Below the pieces are notes generated by a model. That model did not search any database. It was given only the letters and a program-made list of their open reading frames with translations, and had not been told where the DNA came from. Positions 121,683 to 124,000 of a DNA stretch of 124,000 bases are shown here, piece by piece. The first letter of the stretch is position 1. Each line of letters begins with the position of its first letter. This DNA comes from Hyalangium minutum (GTDB lineage: Bacteria; Myxococcota; Myxococcia; Myxococcales; Myxococcaceae), in the NCBI RefSeq assembly GCF_000737315.1, contig NZ_JMCB01000005.1:20001-144000 (forward strand), given 5' to 3'. The position numbers were made by a program, and so were the translations under genes.

Positions 121683-122752
121683 CAGCATCCCTCCACGGTC
121701 TTGCAACCCATGTAGTACGCCCCCCGATTCTTGCCTGTCTTCTCGTAGGCGTCCCGCGAGCCGTCCTTCCAGGGCGTGGCGAAGTAGGGCGAGGCTCGGT
121801 TCTCCTCCTGGATGCGCTGGGTGGGAACCGCCATCCGCGTCTTCTGCAGAGAGACCCGAGCCGTCTTGCGCTCCTGGGGAGGCAGGTGGGACGCCAGCAA
121901 CTGCTGGTCGTTGGCTACTTGGGAGAAGAGCTTGTCTTCATCCAGGAAGCGTTGGGCTTCAGGCAGCACGGTATAGACGAGGCTCACACGCTCCTGCAGC
122001 GCACCTTCGTTGTCGTCGGGGCGCACCGCGAGAGTGTCTCCGGGATTGGAGGCCTTCAGATCCCCATTGAGAGCCCAGGAGTCCGTCACCAGGGCAAAGT
122101 GCTGCTTCTCCAGGTAGTACGCCGTCGTGCCCGTGCCTGCCTTTGCGTTGCCGTGGTAGTCCGAGCCGTCCGCCTTCCAGTTCTTCTTCGCCAGGTCCAC
122201 GTGAGAGAACTGCTGCAGGAAGCTCTGGGGCATCAGGTAGTTCTCCACGACTTCCTTGCCATGGCACTCATACAGCCCTCCGGCCTGACCAAAGGCATCT
122301 TGGTATTTGCGGAAGGCCGGAGTTTGGAGCAAGCCCACTTCCGTCCGGACAGGATCACACGTCACCTGCTCGGCCTCGGGATTGAGCCAGCAGACGTGGC
122401 CGCTCAACGCTCGGCCCGCGTGGTGGTCCTGGGCGTCGCAGTCCTGCCCGTGATTGTAGCTGTCACCACTGGACTCGTGATCGCAGAACATCAGGCGGGC
122501 CTGGTGTTGGACCACTGCCTGGATGCGCTTCGACGCGTCGCTGCCGCCGGAGCCCTTTCTCCCGCTGGGCTCCTCATAGTTCTGCCCTATGAGATCCCAG
122601 GGCGTTGAGAGCACCGCTTCCTGGAGATCTCCCGCGTACCGCAGGAGATCGTCCAGAAAGAGGGCGTACAGAAACGCCGGGACGATGATGATCATGCTGA
122701 TGGCGGCCTCTACCGAAGCCGCGCCGCGTTGCCTCTGCTGGAAGTGCCACAT
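121682..122752 (-). CDS. TadE-like pseudopilin
   Basis: QRGAASVEAAI prepilin motif. Confidence 0.78.
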   Translation of the reverse strand: MWHFQQRQRGAASVEAAISMIIIVPAFLYALFLDDLLRYAGDLQEAVLSTPWDLIGQNYEEPSGRKGSGGSDASKRIQAVVQHQARLMFCDHESSGDSYNHGQDCDAQDHHAGRALSGHVCWLNPEAEQVTCDPVRTEVGLLQTPAFRKYQDAFGQAGGLYECHGKEVVENYLMPQSFLQQFSHVDLAKKNWKADGSDYHGNAKAGTGTTAYYLEKQHFALVTDSWALNGDLKASNPGDTLAVRPDDNEGALQERVSLVYTVLPEAQRFLDEDKLFSQVANDQQLLASHLPPQERKTARVSLQKTRMAVPTQRIQEENRASPYFATPWKDGSRDAYEKTGKNRGAYYMGCKTVEGC

Positions 122753-122775
122753 CGGAGCGTGTCAGGGGCCGCCCG

Positions 122776-124000
122776 TTACATGGGCAGCCGAGGAGTCTCG
122801 GCAAGTTGTGCCGCATCCGGGTTGCCCGCCTCGTCGAGGACCTTGGAAGCCTCCGAGGCGGTGAAGGGGTGAAGCTTGGCGCGCCAGAAGGGATTGAACA
122901 GGTTGGGGGGCTCCTGCCAATCCCCCAGCCGGTGGTAGTAGACGAGCGCCTTGGACAGGCCGGCGCCTTCTCCCGCAGCGAGCTCGAGGGTCCCTTCGCC
123001 CGTCGTGCCGAAGCGAAGCTTCACACTCCCGGCCTCGTTCAGCTCCCACGGAGCCTGACGCACGTCTCCAGCGCGAAGCTGCTGCGTCACGTAGCTGTAC
123101 ACAGGCGGCTGTCCGAAGTCCCTCTCCGGGGACGGGTCCGCGCGGAACTTCATGAAGCAGTGCCCCTTGTTCGCGCAGCTCATCAGCTCCGAGGTGTAGT
123201 TCCCCTGGAACTGGTCGTGTGTTCCCGAGTGGCTCTTGCGCGGCACGTGCTCACCCCCCGACACATCCGAGGAGATCCTCGCTTCGTACGAGGAGCGCCC
123301 GATGCCGTGCTTCCACTGGCTGAAGAGGATGCCGTGCTCGTCCGCGGAGATCACCTGTCCGGTGTTCTGCAGAGAGGGGCCTTCATGAAGGGCTGCCTTG
123401 CCGCGGTTCTGCACCGTCTTTGCGGTGCCCAGATGGGACTGAGGCTGGGAGAAGCCCTCTCCCTGAATGTCACGCGTGAGCAACCGGAGAAACTCCGGGT
123501 GGAGGTACCTGGGCAGCGAGGGCTTGCCGCGATTGGCGATCCAGTTCGTGCGCGTCGCGTTGCTCAGGATGGTCATCTCTTTGGCCCGGTCCGCCAGGGC
123601 CGTGTCCCCTGGCCGGCCGGAGACCCGGCAGGGCATGCCATCGATGGCGCAGGCAAACTCGGCGGAGTTGAGCTTTCCCACGCCAGGGGACAAGGCCGAG
123701 GCCTTGGGCGCGTTGATCTGCTGGAGCTTGGCCAGCCCATGCGCGGTGCCGCCGGACAACACCTGCGAAGTCTCCGCAAAGACCGATCGCTGCGAGGCAT
123801 GGAGGCTGTCCATCAGCCGGTCCAAGGACTTCACGGTCTTGTTGAACTTGTTCTCCAGCCGCTGGATCCGGGATCTCTGCTGGGACGAGGCCTGGCGGAA
123901 CTTCCGGGCGATCCGGACAGCCTGCACGATGTGAGGGCAGTGCTTGCACTTGTTGCCAGACAGCGCCGCCTCCATGGCGGCAATCTGGTAGAAGTTGCTC
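122776..124000 (-). CDS. Tad-locus protein (TadG-like), N-terminus outside the window
   Basis: Open frame to the window edge; EPPNLFNPFWRAKLHP C-terminal motif typical of myxobacterial Tad proteins. Confidence 0.65.
   Translation of the reverse strand, partial: SNFYQIAAMEAALSGNKCKHCPHIVQAVRIARKFRQASSQQRSRIQRLENKFNKTVKSLDRLMDSLHASQRSVFAETSQVLSGGTAHGLAKLQQINAPKASALSPGVGKLNSAEFACAIDGMPCRVSGRPGDTALADRAKEMTILSNATRTNWIANRGKPSLPRYLHPEFLRLLTRDIQGEGFSQPQSHLGTAKTVQNRGKAALHEGPSLQNTGQVISADEHGILFSQWKHGIGRSSYEARISSDVSGGEHVPRKSHSGTHDQFQGNYTSELMSCANKGHCFMKFRADPSPERDFGQPPVYSYVTQQLRAGDVRQAPWELNEAGSVKLRFGTTGEGTLELAAGEGAGLSKALVYYHRLGDWQEPPNLFNPFWRAKLHPFTASEASKVLDEAGNPDAAQLAETPRLPM

Overview
High-GC myxobacterial chromosome segment (Cystobacterineae; probably Hyalangium or a close relative, inferred from the microcin C-like cluster). 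It has about 105 supportable CDSs, and I found no rRNA, tRNA, CRISPR array or IS element. Main blocks: (1) a ubiA/dprE1/dprE2-like polyprenyl-phospho-arabinose operon (1.4-5 kb). (2) A duplicated microcin C-like RiPP cluster (11.3-20.5 kb) with two Asn-terminated precursors (36 and 46 aa; the ORF track misses the first and mis-starts the second), two ThiF/MccB enzymes, a HIT immunity protein and a C39-ABC exporter, flanked by an SdpAB-like pair and a 2OG-Fe(II)/WD40 fusion. (3) Signalling genes and moxR/DUF58/BatA genes. (4) The best candidate for an undescribed system: a compact prenyl-indole gene cluster (41.8-48.8 kb) with a StyA-type flavin monooxygenase, a cytokinin-dehydrogenase-like FAD oxidase, a V4R protein, a divergent tryptophanase and an AetD-like/tryptophan-prenyltransferase (DMATS) fusion. 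(5) A PilZ-DnaK chaperone. (6) An 18-kb starch/maltodextrin locus with a non-LamB, non-SusC outer-membrane barrel candidate. (7) A cobalamin-riboswitch-controlled B12 uptake operon with a Cys-rich beta-propeller lipoprotein. (8) A Wsp-like chemosensory operon. (9) Many secreted lipoproteins, including a lysin-like amidase and a naturally split DUF4331. (10) cstA/ybdD, aqpZ and the end of a Tad/Flp pilus locus. All family assignments come from motif recognition by eye; no database searches were run.
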